Assembly (NCBI GenBank): GCA_905235205.1
Contig: CAJOKM010000003.1
Location: 1 to 53,702 of the forward strand
Reading direction: 5' to 3'
Length of the DNA: 53,702 bases
From: an uncultured Clostridia bacterium
GTDB lineage: Bacteria > Bacillota > Clostridia > Christensenellales > CAG-138
Below are positions 39,569-53,702 of this stretch, piece after piece. The translations under genes and the position numbers were made by a program. Each line of letters starts with the position of its first letter. Position 1 is the stretch's first letter. The notes below the pieces were generated by a model. That model did no database searches. It had not been told where the DNA came from and saw only the letters and a program-made list of their open reading frames with translations.

Positions 39569-40740
39569 AGGTCCTCGTTCAGGTCAACGACCAGTCGGTT
39601 GAAATCGTCCTCGGAGATCGGCGTCTGTTCATAGACAAGCGCTTTGTTCCGTTTCTGCCTGCGTGCCGGCGAAGACTCCTTTTTGCGCAGATGCTTTTCG
39701 GCGTCCTCTGCGGTACCGACGCCGTTTTGCGCCCAGTCGGACAGGATCTTTTTGAGCAGTCCCAGCGGCCGCTCGGCGCCGGCGCATTCGTCCGCGGCAA
39801 GCAGGATCGCTTCGCGCGAAATGCCCTTTTCGTCGCGGAACATGGCAAGCTGGCGCACGTTTGACAGCGAGGGGATCTCGACCTTGCCGAGCCGCGCAAA
39901 GACCATGCGCGCAAACTCGCGATCCAATGCGTCCTTCTGCTCGGTGCGCTCGATCTCCGTGACGCTTGTGAGGTTCTGCTCCTTCATCGTTTGCAGCCGG
40001 TCGTTCAGAATCGCAAACGACGGCGTAGAAACGTCGGTCATGCGCGCGCACACCGCAAGAATCGTTTCCGCGTCGAAGCCCCATTCGTTGATCCATGTGT
40101 CGTACAGCGCCATTTCGTCGACGGTCGGCGGCCGGCGTTTGTTCCAGCGGCGCAGCACTTCGGTCGCGCCGTGCTTTTGCATGCGGTAGTCCGCGACGTA
40201 CGCTTCCGCCTGCGCCTGCGTTTTGATGCCGTCCTCGCTCCACGATTCCGCGACGGAACGGATGTAGTTGCACGAAACGCGCCTGCCCTTCTGCTCCATG
40301 CAGTAACCGACCAGCGCAAGCACCGCGCCCTCTTCGAGCCCGTACAGCTCGATGCAGTCGTACATCGCTTTCATCTCGCGAAGGTTCAGCGTACGCGGCG
40401 ACAGCAGCGCGTTTAAGGAATCGACGAACGCGCGGTACTTCACCGGCGTCGCCGTGGTCACGGCGGGCTGCTCGGTCAGAAGATACTCGACCGAAAACGG
40501 CTCGTCGGACAGGATGCGCACAAGACCCTACACGAACGCGCAGCGCACCTGCGATTCGGGGATGCCGAGCGCGTCCCCGATGGCGACGTCCGAAAGCGAT
40601 CCGTGGTAGCACTGCATGAGTCCGAACAGATATACCTTTACAAACGTGCCGTCCGCATCGGGCATGAAGTTCAGAAAAAACAGATTGTCGACCGGCGTCA
40701 GTTCACGCCGCGCCGCATCGGGCGAAAAACGGATATTCAT
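39565..40740 (-). pseudogene. DnaD/DnaB-domain replication protein interrupted by an in-frame TAG at 40530-40528 (real lesion or assembly error)
   Basis: TPVDNLFFLNFMPDADGTFVKVYL N-terminus continues in the same frame after AFV* as GLVRI..., followed by DnaD-like repeats (YIRSVAESWSEDGIKT; ILSDWAQNGV). Confidence 0.75.
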
Positions 40741-40847
40741 ACGCGTATTATAGCACGGAAAACCCCCGGATTGCAACGGGACGCGCGAATTTCGGTACGG
40801 GTAAAAATATCTGGTATTTTTGGGAACAAGCCACTATAATATAAACC

Positions 40848-41972
40848 ATGAAAACGCTGAGAATCAACCGAACAAGACTGATTATCGCATCGGGCGTCCT
40901 GCTGCTTCTGCTGGTCCTGCTGTTTGTCGTCGTACGCGCCGCGGTCCGCACGGGCTGCCGGGGCGGCGAGGAGGCGGGACCGACGCAGGAACCGATCATA
41001 ACGCCCGCGCCGACGCTCTTGGATCTGTACGCGCACTTCGACTGGACGGAGACGACGGAGATCTCGGTCTACGATCATCGGGCGGACAAGCTGATCACGA
41101 TGAACCTCGAGGAGTATATCACGGGCGTCGTGTCGGCGGAGATGCCGGCGCGGTACGAGCTTGAGGCGCTCAAAGCGCAGGCGGTCGCGTCGCGCTCCTA
41201 CACGCTGCACAGCATGGCGCACGGCGGATGCCGCTCGCACGAGGGCGCGGACGTGTGTACCAACAGCGCGTGCTGTCAGGCGTTCTCCACGCATGCGCGG
41301 ATGCAGGAGCGCTGGGGAAACGATTATGTAAAGAACTACAACCGCGTGGCGACGGCGGTCATGGATACGGCGGGCGAGATTCTGACGTATAAAGGGAAGC
41401 TGTGCGACACGATGTATCACGCGGCGTCCGGCGGGCATACCGAGGATTCCGAAAACGTCTACGCGAACGCGATCCCGTACCTGCGCGGCGTCGAGAGTCC
41501 GTATGAGGATCCGGACACGCAGGCGGACGTTGCGATCGGCACGTCGGAGCTGGTCGCGCTGATCGCGGCGAAATACCCGGACAGCGGCGTCACCGAGGAG
41601 ACCGTGAAGGACGGGATCGAGATTCGTTCGACCTATGAGAGCGGCCGCGTGGAAAAACTGCGGCTCGGCAAATCGGAGATCACCGGCAAGCAGGCGCGCT
41701 CGCTGTTCGGTCTAAAGAGCGCGATGTTTACGATCACCTGGTCGGAGGACGGGATCGTGTTCCATACCAAGGGCTACGGGCACGGCGTCGGGCTTTCGCA
41801 GAACGGCGCAAACGGTATGGCGAAGCACGGCTCGACCTATGACGAGATTTTGCATCACTACTATACGGACGTGGTCCTCACCGTGTACGGCGCGGACGGC
41901 GTGCCGACGATTTCCGACGACGCGGACCTCGATCAATCGGACGACGGATCGCCGTTCGTTCCCGAGGACTGA
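40848..41972 (+). CDS. spoIID: Stage II sporulation protein D (lytic transglycosylase)
   Basis: EEYITGVVSAEMPA, EALKAQAVASRSY, YLRGVESP and GYGHGVGLSQ.GA motifs; N-terminal TM helix. Confidence 0.92.
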   Translation: MKTLRINRTRLIIASGVLLLLLVLLFVVVRAAVRTGCRGGEEAGPTQEPIITPAPTLLDLYAHFDWTETTEISVYDHRADKLITMNLEEYITGVVSAEMPARYELEALKAQAVASRSYTLHSMAHGGCRSHEGADVCTNSACCQAFSTHARMQERWGNDYVKNYNRVATAVMDTAGEILTYKGKLCDTMYHAASGGHTEDSENVYANAIPYLRGVESPYEDPDTQADVAIGTSELVALIAAKYPDSGVTEETVKDGIEIRSTYESGRVEKLRLGKSEITGKQARSLFGLKSAMFTITWSEDGIVFHTKGYGHGVGLSQNGANGMAKHGSTYDEILHHYYTDVVLTVYGADGVPTISDDADLDQSDDGSPFVPED

Positions 41973-41973
41973 C

Positions 41974-42645
41974 ATGGAACGCTTCGAATGGCTGATCGAA
42001 CCGCATACCGGTATTTTCCAGGATCCGGCGCTCGGGTGTTTTTCGGAGGACGCGATCGCGCTTGCGCACTTTTTCTCGGCGCATAAGGGGGATACGGTGC
42101 TCGATCTCGGCACGGGAAACGGCATTCTGTGCCTGTACGCCGAGGCGCTGTACGGCGGCTCGTACACGGGGATCGACATAAACGAAGCGCAGATCGCGCT
42201 GGCGAAACGGAGCGCCGAACGGAACGGACAGCCGATCCGCTTTCTTTCGATGCGCGTCGAGGACGCGCCGAATGCGCTCGGACACGGGACGTTTTCACGC
42301 GTTGTGATGAATCCGCCGTATTTTACGTCCGGTGACGCGGGCAGGTTTTCCGAAGCGCGCCACGCGGACGAAGCACAGCTTCTGCGCTGGTGCCGCGCGG
42401 CGTTTCTGCTGCTGAAAAACGGCGGACGGCTGACGCTGTGCTATCCCGCCGAGCAGCTTTCCGCCCTGTTTCGCGCGCTCGATCAAAGCCGGTTCGCGCC
42501 CAAACGAATGCAGCTGCTTACGCAGGGAGCGCGGGCGCGGCTTGCGCTGGTCGAAGCGAAAAAGGACGGCGCCGACGGCGTGACGATCACCGTTTCGCAG
42601 GGCAAGGCAAAAATGCCGGATCCGCCGTCGATACAGACGGTTTGA
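41974..42645 (+). CDS. SAM-dependent methyltransferase, tRNA1(Val) A37-N6 (TrmN6/YabB)-like
   Basis: VLDLGTGNG, NPPY, ARH, LKNGG and PKR motifs; GAGG SD before ATG 41974. Confidence 0.8.
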   Translation: MERFEWLIEPHTGIFQDPALGCFSEDAIALAHFFSAHKGDTVLDLGTGNGILCLYAEALYGGSYTGIDINEAQIALAKRSAERNGQPIRFLSMRVEDAPNALGHGTFSRVVMNPPYFTSGDAGRFSEARHADEAQLLRWCRAAFLLLKNGGRLTLCYPAEQLSALFRALDQSRFAPKRMQLLTQGARARLALVEAKKDGADGVTITVSQGKAKMPDPPSIQTV

Positions 42646-42651
42646 ACCATG

Positions 42652-42674
42652 CCGCTCGAAAAGAGCGGTTTTTT
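42652..42674 (+). terminator. Terminator after the methyltransferase gene
   Basis: ccgctc-gaaaa-gagcgg followed by T6. Confidence 0.7.
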
Positions 42675-42782
42675 GATTCATAATTCGTTCACGGAATTCC
42701 CGCAAACGCTCACAATTTATGAATTGCAATTCGGCGCGTCCCGGCGCAAACTGTCGAACGGGGGCAGGGGAGGAGAAAAAAC

Positions 42783-43181
42783 ATGAACGAACGGAAAACG
42801 GACGCGCCGCGCGCATGGCGCAGTACGGGGATCGGACGCACGCGCGATACGGGCCGCTGTGTAAGCGAACTGCTGATCGAGCACGGGATCGCGCCGCACC
42901 AGAAAGGGTATGCGGCGCTGCGCGACGGCGTACGGGTGCTGGCGGAACTGAACCGCTGCTGCCGGGTGCGGACCAACGAGGACCTGTATCCGCTGCTCGG
43001 CGCAACGGGAACGCAGGTCGAACACGCTGTGCGCGACGCGATCAAAACCGCGTGGGAACGCAGGGCTGCCGCCGCGCAGACGGATCTGTTCTTCGGCACA
43101 TGTCAGCCGACCGGCGCGGCGTTCCTGTATACGCTTGCGGAACGCGTGCGCGACCGCATGGCGGCGGAAAAAGAAGCATGA
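42783..43181 (+). CDS. Stand-alone Spo0A C-terminal (DNA-binding) domain-like protein
   Basis: GIAPHQKGY..LRD, LYP, VEHAVRDAI..AW and PT...F resemble Spo0A_C; no receiver domain; AGGAG SD. Confidence 0.72.
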   Translation: MNERKTDAPRAWRSTGIGRTRDTGRCVSELLIEHGIAPHQKGYAALRDGVRVLAELNRCCRVRTNEDLYPLLGATGTQVEHAVRDAIKTAWERRAAAAQTDLFFGTCQPTGAAFLYTLAERVRDRMAAEKEA

Positions 43182-43184
43182 TAC

Positions 43185-43478
43185 AGATTGTTGAGAATGG
43201 TATCAGAAGCCGCGTTTTCGCCCCGAGGCTATACGAAGGTATGCGAAGGGGTGAAAACGTCGGCTAATTTGCGGCGAAACCAAATGAAAAGTAAGGGCGT
43301 TCGAGCCCTTACTTCATACGGTTTTTTTGCACTCGCAAAAGGTTGGTAGCGACGGAGAGCCGTCGTGAGCGCGTTTACAAGCGAGCAGGCGAGCCGAGCG
43401 TGACCTTTTGCGGAAAGGAGCCGAAGCGGAGAGGGTGAGCGGAGATGCTTTGTGAAAGATTGTTGACTTTTATAACAC
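43185..43478 (+). mobile_element. MITE-like or structured non-coding element, copy B (longer variant); right boundary approximate
   Basis: First ~130 nt are collinear with the reverse complement of copy A; extra multibranch domain gcaaaagg...ccttttgc; intergenic between convergent genes. Confidence 0.6.
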
Positions 43479-43482
43479 AAAA

Positions 43483-43518
43483 GCGTCGCCGCGAACGATT
43501 CGACGCTCGCGGCGACGC
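43483..43518 (-). terminator. Terminator-like hairpin after the lipid kinase gene
   Basis: gcgtcgccgcga / tcgcggcgacgc 12-bp stem, followed by TTTT on the minus strand. Confidence 0.7.
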
Positions 43519-43536
43519 GCAAATGGTCTGGTGCCG

Positions 43537-44397
43537 TTATCGGCAATCTGCGGTTTTGACGGTGTAGGTCGTGACGTTTTTCACCGTTTCGCCGTCGATC
43601 TGCAGCGCCTGCGGCTTCGAGAATGTGACGGTGACTTCCTTGCCGGTAAAGATCTTCATGATCTTGTCGTGCTTTGCGTGCTTGCCGGCGGAGAAATCCG
43701 GGAACGCCATAAGCGCTTTCAGCTTTCCGCAGCTGTGATAGACGATCAGCGAGACGGAATCCGTTTTGCTGCGATCCTGATCGGGCGTCGGGCGCATGTT
43801 GCCGCCGTAGCACTTGCCGAACATCGTCGAAGCGAGCCAGACGCGGCGAAACGTTTCCGTCCTGCCGTCGACGGTGACGGTCGCGTCGCAGGGCTTGTAG
43901 TGGAACAGAAGTCCCTTGATCGCAATGCTCGTATAGTTGATCGGCTTGTCGCTTGTTTCACGCAGCGCGTCGCCGACTTCGCAGCAGTAGCCGTCGATGC
44001 CGTAGCCGATTCCGTTTAAGAAACGCTTCGTCATGCCGTTGACGGTGACGGTCGGCAGGTCTATAAGGTATTCGTTGATCACAAACGGCGCGGCGTCGTG
44101 CGGAAGGTCGCGGTCGTTCATGAAATCGTTGCCGGTTCCCGCGCCGTAGAGCAGGATCGGATTCTGCGGCGCATAGCCGTCCAGCTCGTTGACGAAGTGG
44201 TTCAGCGTCCCGTCGCCGCCGCACAGGATCACGGCGTCGTCCTTTGCCAGCGCGTCCAAAAACGCGGGCAGATTGCCCATCTCGGTAACGTCGCGGAAGA
44301 ACAGTTCGTCGTCCGGATAGAACATGCGGACTTTCTCAGCGGCTTCTTTGCCGTGTCCATTGCCTGCCATGGGATTAAAAAGTACGTAATAACGCAT
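43537..44397 (-). CDS. Diacylglycerol kinase family (YegS/DgkB-like) lipid kinase
   Basis: FNPMAG, CGGDGTL, GTGNDF, GYGID and QIDGE motifs. Confidence 0.9.
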   Translation of the reverse strand: MRYYVLFNPMAGNGHGKEAAEKVRMFYPDDELFFRDVTEMGNLPAFLDALAKDDAVILCGGDGTLNHFVNELDGYAPQNPILLYGAGTGNDFMNDRDLPHDAAPFVINEYLIDLPTVTVNGMTKRFLNGIGYGIDGYCCEVGDALRETSDKPINYTSIAIKGLLFHYKPCDATVTVDGRTETFRRVWLASTMFGKCYGGNMRPTPDQDRSKTDSVSLIVYHSCGKLKALMAFPDFSAGKHAKHDKIMKIFTGKEVTVTFSKPQALQIDGETVKNVTTYTVKTADCR

Positions 44398-44409
44398 GGG
44401 AGTCTCCTT

Positions 44410-45225
44410 TCATTTCATACAGGATTCCATTCGCTCGCGAACGGCATCCGAAATTTCGTGTGTCTGCATCTGTTCGACCTGTTCGGCGGGCAGAACGTCC
44501 GCGACGGTGAAGTCCACGACCGTGCGATGCAGGAAGAACCGGTGCGCAATGTCCTCGGTGTGCTTCGTAAACGCAACGACGACGGGCACGTGCGCGCGCC
44601 TTGCCATCGCAAACGCGCCGGCGCGGAACGGCAGAAGCCCCGGTTCAGCCTTATTGCGCGTGCCCTCGGGGTATACGGCGACGGCGGTCTGTTCGTCTTT
44701 CAGGATATCGACCGCGCGAAGGATCGTCTTGAGTCCCTCGCGGTTGTCCTCACGGTTGATCGAGAGAAATCCGCTCATATGCGCGAACGCGCCGGCGATC
44801 GGGATCCGGAAGATCGAGGGCTTGCAGATATAAACGATCTCCGTGCCCTTGAACAGCTTGAGCGCGACGAACGGATCGAAATTCGACCGGTGATTTGCGA
44901 CGAGCAGGAACGGCTTTGTGCGATCGACCTTCTCAAGTCCCGTTTCGCGGATGCGAACGCGCCCGAGAAGCAGGATCAGATCGACGGTCTCGACCAGAAC
45001 GCGGCGGAATCCGTGATGCGCGCGCTTGACCGGCTTTTTGACGTTCACGCACAGCGAGATGAGGAAAAGGATTAAAAAGTACAGGATCAGAAGCGCCAAA
45101 AACGCGCCCGCAAAGAACAGCGGAATCCGGAGCACGAACCACCAGGTCGTGCAGGGGGCTAAGACCACGGAAAAAAACACGGCGCAGACAGCGCTCAGAA
45201 ACAGAAGGATGATCAGAATTGTCAT
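44410..45225 (-). CDS. plsC: 1-acyl-sn-glycerol-3-phosphate acyltransferase
   Basis: NHRSNFD (HX4D), INR, YPEGTR and PFRAGAF motifs. Confidence 0.88.
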   Translation of the reverse strand: MTILIILLFLSAVCAVFFSVVLAPCTTWWFVLRIPLFFAGAFLALLILYFLILFLISLCVNVKKPVKRAHHGFRRVLVETVDLILLLGRVRIRETGLEKVDRTKPFLLVANHRSNFDPFVALKLFKGTEIVYICKPSIFRIPIAGAFAHMSGFLSINREDNREGLKTILRAVDILKDEQTAVAVYPEGTRNKAEPGLLPFRAGAFAMARRAHVPVVVAFTKHTEDIAHRFFLHRTVVDFTVADVLPAEQVEQMQTHEISDAVRERMESCMK

Positions 45226-45379
45226 GATTGATACCTCTGTTTCGGATTATATCGTATTTTGTCAAAAATTACAATTCTTTTTCGGGGTATTATAAAGGAA
45301 ACAAAAAAAGGACCGTGAACGGGGATCACGAATCCTTTTCTCTTGCCGTGCAGGCATCCAAGCCGGAGCAGGGCGTCGT

Positions 45380-45940
45380 TCAGCCTGCGCTTTCGCCCTG
45401 CGTGAGCGCAAGGAGATTGCGGTACAGCGTGTCTAACAGCGCGCGGATATGCCGTTCGAGATCGCCCGTTTTTTTCGGCGGGCGACCGACGCGGGGCACG
45501 TTCGGATCGCGCACGAACGGATCCGGCACGACGTAGCCCTCCGATGCCAGCGCCGCGCGCATGCCGCGTACCTTTTCGGGCTGCGAACGCAAAAGCGAAC
45601 GGTATTTGTTCTGATAGCGCAGCATGCGTCGCGTATCGCCCTCTGCAAGCGCAAGCGTGCAGGCGCGCACCGACTGCCCGTTGGAAAGCGCGAGCAGGAC
45701 CGTGCGCAAAAGCTGTTCGGTCTCCGCGTCGGTAAACGGCAGAAACGCCGGTTCCGCTTTCTCCGCGGTCTTTAACTGCGTGTAGTAGTGATTGCGCACG
45801 CTGTTCGGGCGGCGGTTCGTCTCCCTGGCGATCGCGTCGAACGCCGTTTTCAGCGGCAGACGTTTTTTGCGCGCTTCATTCGCCGCGTTCTTCAGCGCTT
45901 CGTTCTCCGCTTCCGTCCAACCGGTATGCATTCCTTTCAA
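45380..45940 (-). CDS. RsfA/YlbO-like sporulation transcription regulator (Myb-like repeats)
   Basis: GWTEAEN..L...PLKTAFDAIA....R..NSVRNHYY, plus a second repeat starting FTDAETEQLL; AAGGAGG 8 nt before TTG 45940. Confidence 0.65.
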   Translation of the reverse strand: MKGMHTGWTEAENEALKNAANEARKKRLPLKTAFDAIARETNRRPNSVRNHYYTQLKTAEKAEPAFLPFTDAETEQLLRTVLLALSNGQSVRACTLALAEGDTRRMLRYQNKYRSLLRSQPEKVRGMRAALASEGYVVPDPFVRDPNVPRVGRPPKKTGDLERHIRALLDTLYRNLLALTQGESAG

Positions 45941-46059
45941 GCATGTCACCTCCTTTGGTATTCGTCCGGAGTATGGACCTAAATCGGTTCGGCTATACCA
46001 ATTTATGCACCGGTTTTTTTCATCATTAAAAAAGTTTTATGTTTTTGTGAAAAAACGGC

Positions 46060-46088
46060 TTGACAGGTTGACTTTGAAATGATATTAT
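46060..46088 (+). promoter_or_regulatory. Sigma-A promoter of rpoBC
   Basis: TTGACA, 17 nt, TATTAT with extended -10 TG. Confidence 0.75.
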
Positions 46089-46267
46089 CCGATATTGCAT
46101 TATGATACCTATACTGTGGTAATATGCCCCCAAATGTGCTTCCGGATCACAAAAGCGCATGAAAACGGGGCGGAATCCGCAGGAAAAGGAATCCGTGCCG
46201 CCTCCGCGGGCGGGGGGATACGCCCGAAATATTCAGATGAGAATTTCATCAGCAAGGAGTGAACGCA

Positions 46268-50008
<3,741 letters not shown>

Positions 50009-50028
50009 CGTGCGAAAGGAGACAGCAA

Positions 50029-53589
<3,561 letters not shown>

Positions 53590-53592
53590 GCC

Positions 53593-53702
53593 ATGGACGG
53601 ACGCAATCTCACCGATACCGAGTGCACGCTGTACGGAACGAAATCGTGCGCGCTGCTCAATATGAAAAGCTGCGAGGCGTGCCCGCTGAAAGGGCGGGTC
53701 GC
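53593..53702 (+). CDS. Partial hypothetical protein with a Cys-rich N-terminus (runs off the window)
   Basis: ATG 3 nt after the rpoC stop, GGAG SD; MDGRNLTDTECTLYGTKSCALLNMKSCEACPLKGRV. Confidence 0.55.
   Translation, partial: MDGRNLTDTECTLYGTKSCALLNMKSCEACPLKGRV

Noticed and set aside
40528-40530. TAG recoding (pyrrolysine or alternative genetic code) in the DnaD-like gene
   Set aside because: TAG ends other genes normally (3371, 5651), no pyl genes are in the window, and expected conserved residues appear to be missing rather than substituted

Overview
GC-rich chromosomal segment from a Clostridia-class bacterium; spoIID, ytvI, RsfA-like and Spo0A-C-like genes suggest a spore former, and finer taxonomy would be a guess. 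It is mostly housekeeping and metabolic DNA: etfB/etfA, an ECF sigma/anti-sigma-like/LRR surface-protein module, T-box-controlled pheS-pheT followed by nadE, IclR and WYL genes, a heterodimeric ABC exporter, a class B sortase, two GH13 enzymes, cysK-cysE, MATE and MFS transporters, a two-component system, DnaD/DnaC-like genes with rsmI, lipid genes and rpoB-rpoC. I found no CRISPR array, prophage, rRNA, tRNA or transposase. The main unannotated signals are four. (1) A Cys-rich leader peptide (MGKAIQNRKACCCACFVMPVCVSG) with a terminator/antiterminator pair lies upstream of cysK-cysE, an apparent ribosome-mediated cysteine attenuator in a lineage known mainly for T-boxes. (2) Two divergent copies of a structured non-coding element (20117-20306 and 43185-43478) show compensatory stem changes; the first sits in a nested insertion that duplicated a whole terminator. 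(3) Small deletions affect conserved genes (the RpoC rudder, and an in-frame TAG in the DnaD-like gene) and are either real or assembly errors. (4) Several genes have leaderless-type promoter architecture. All calls were made by eye, without database searches.
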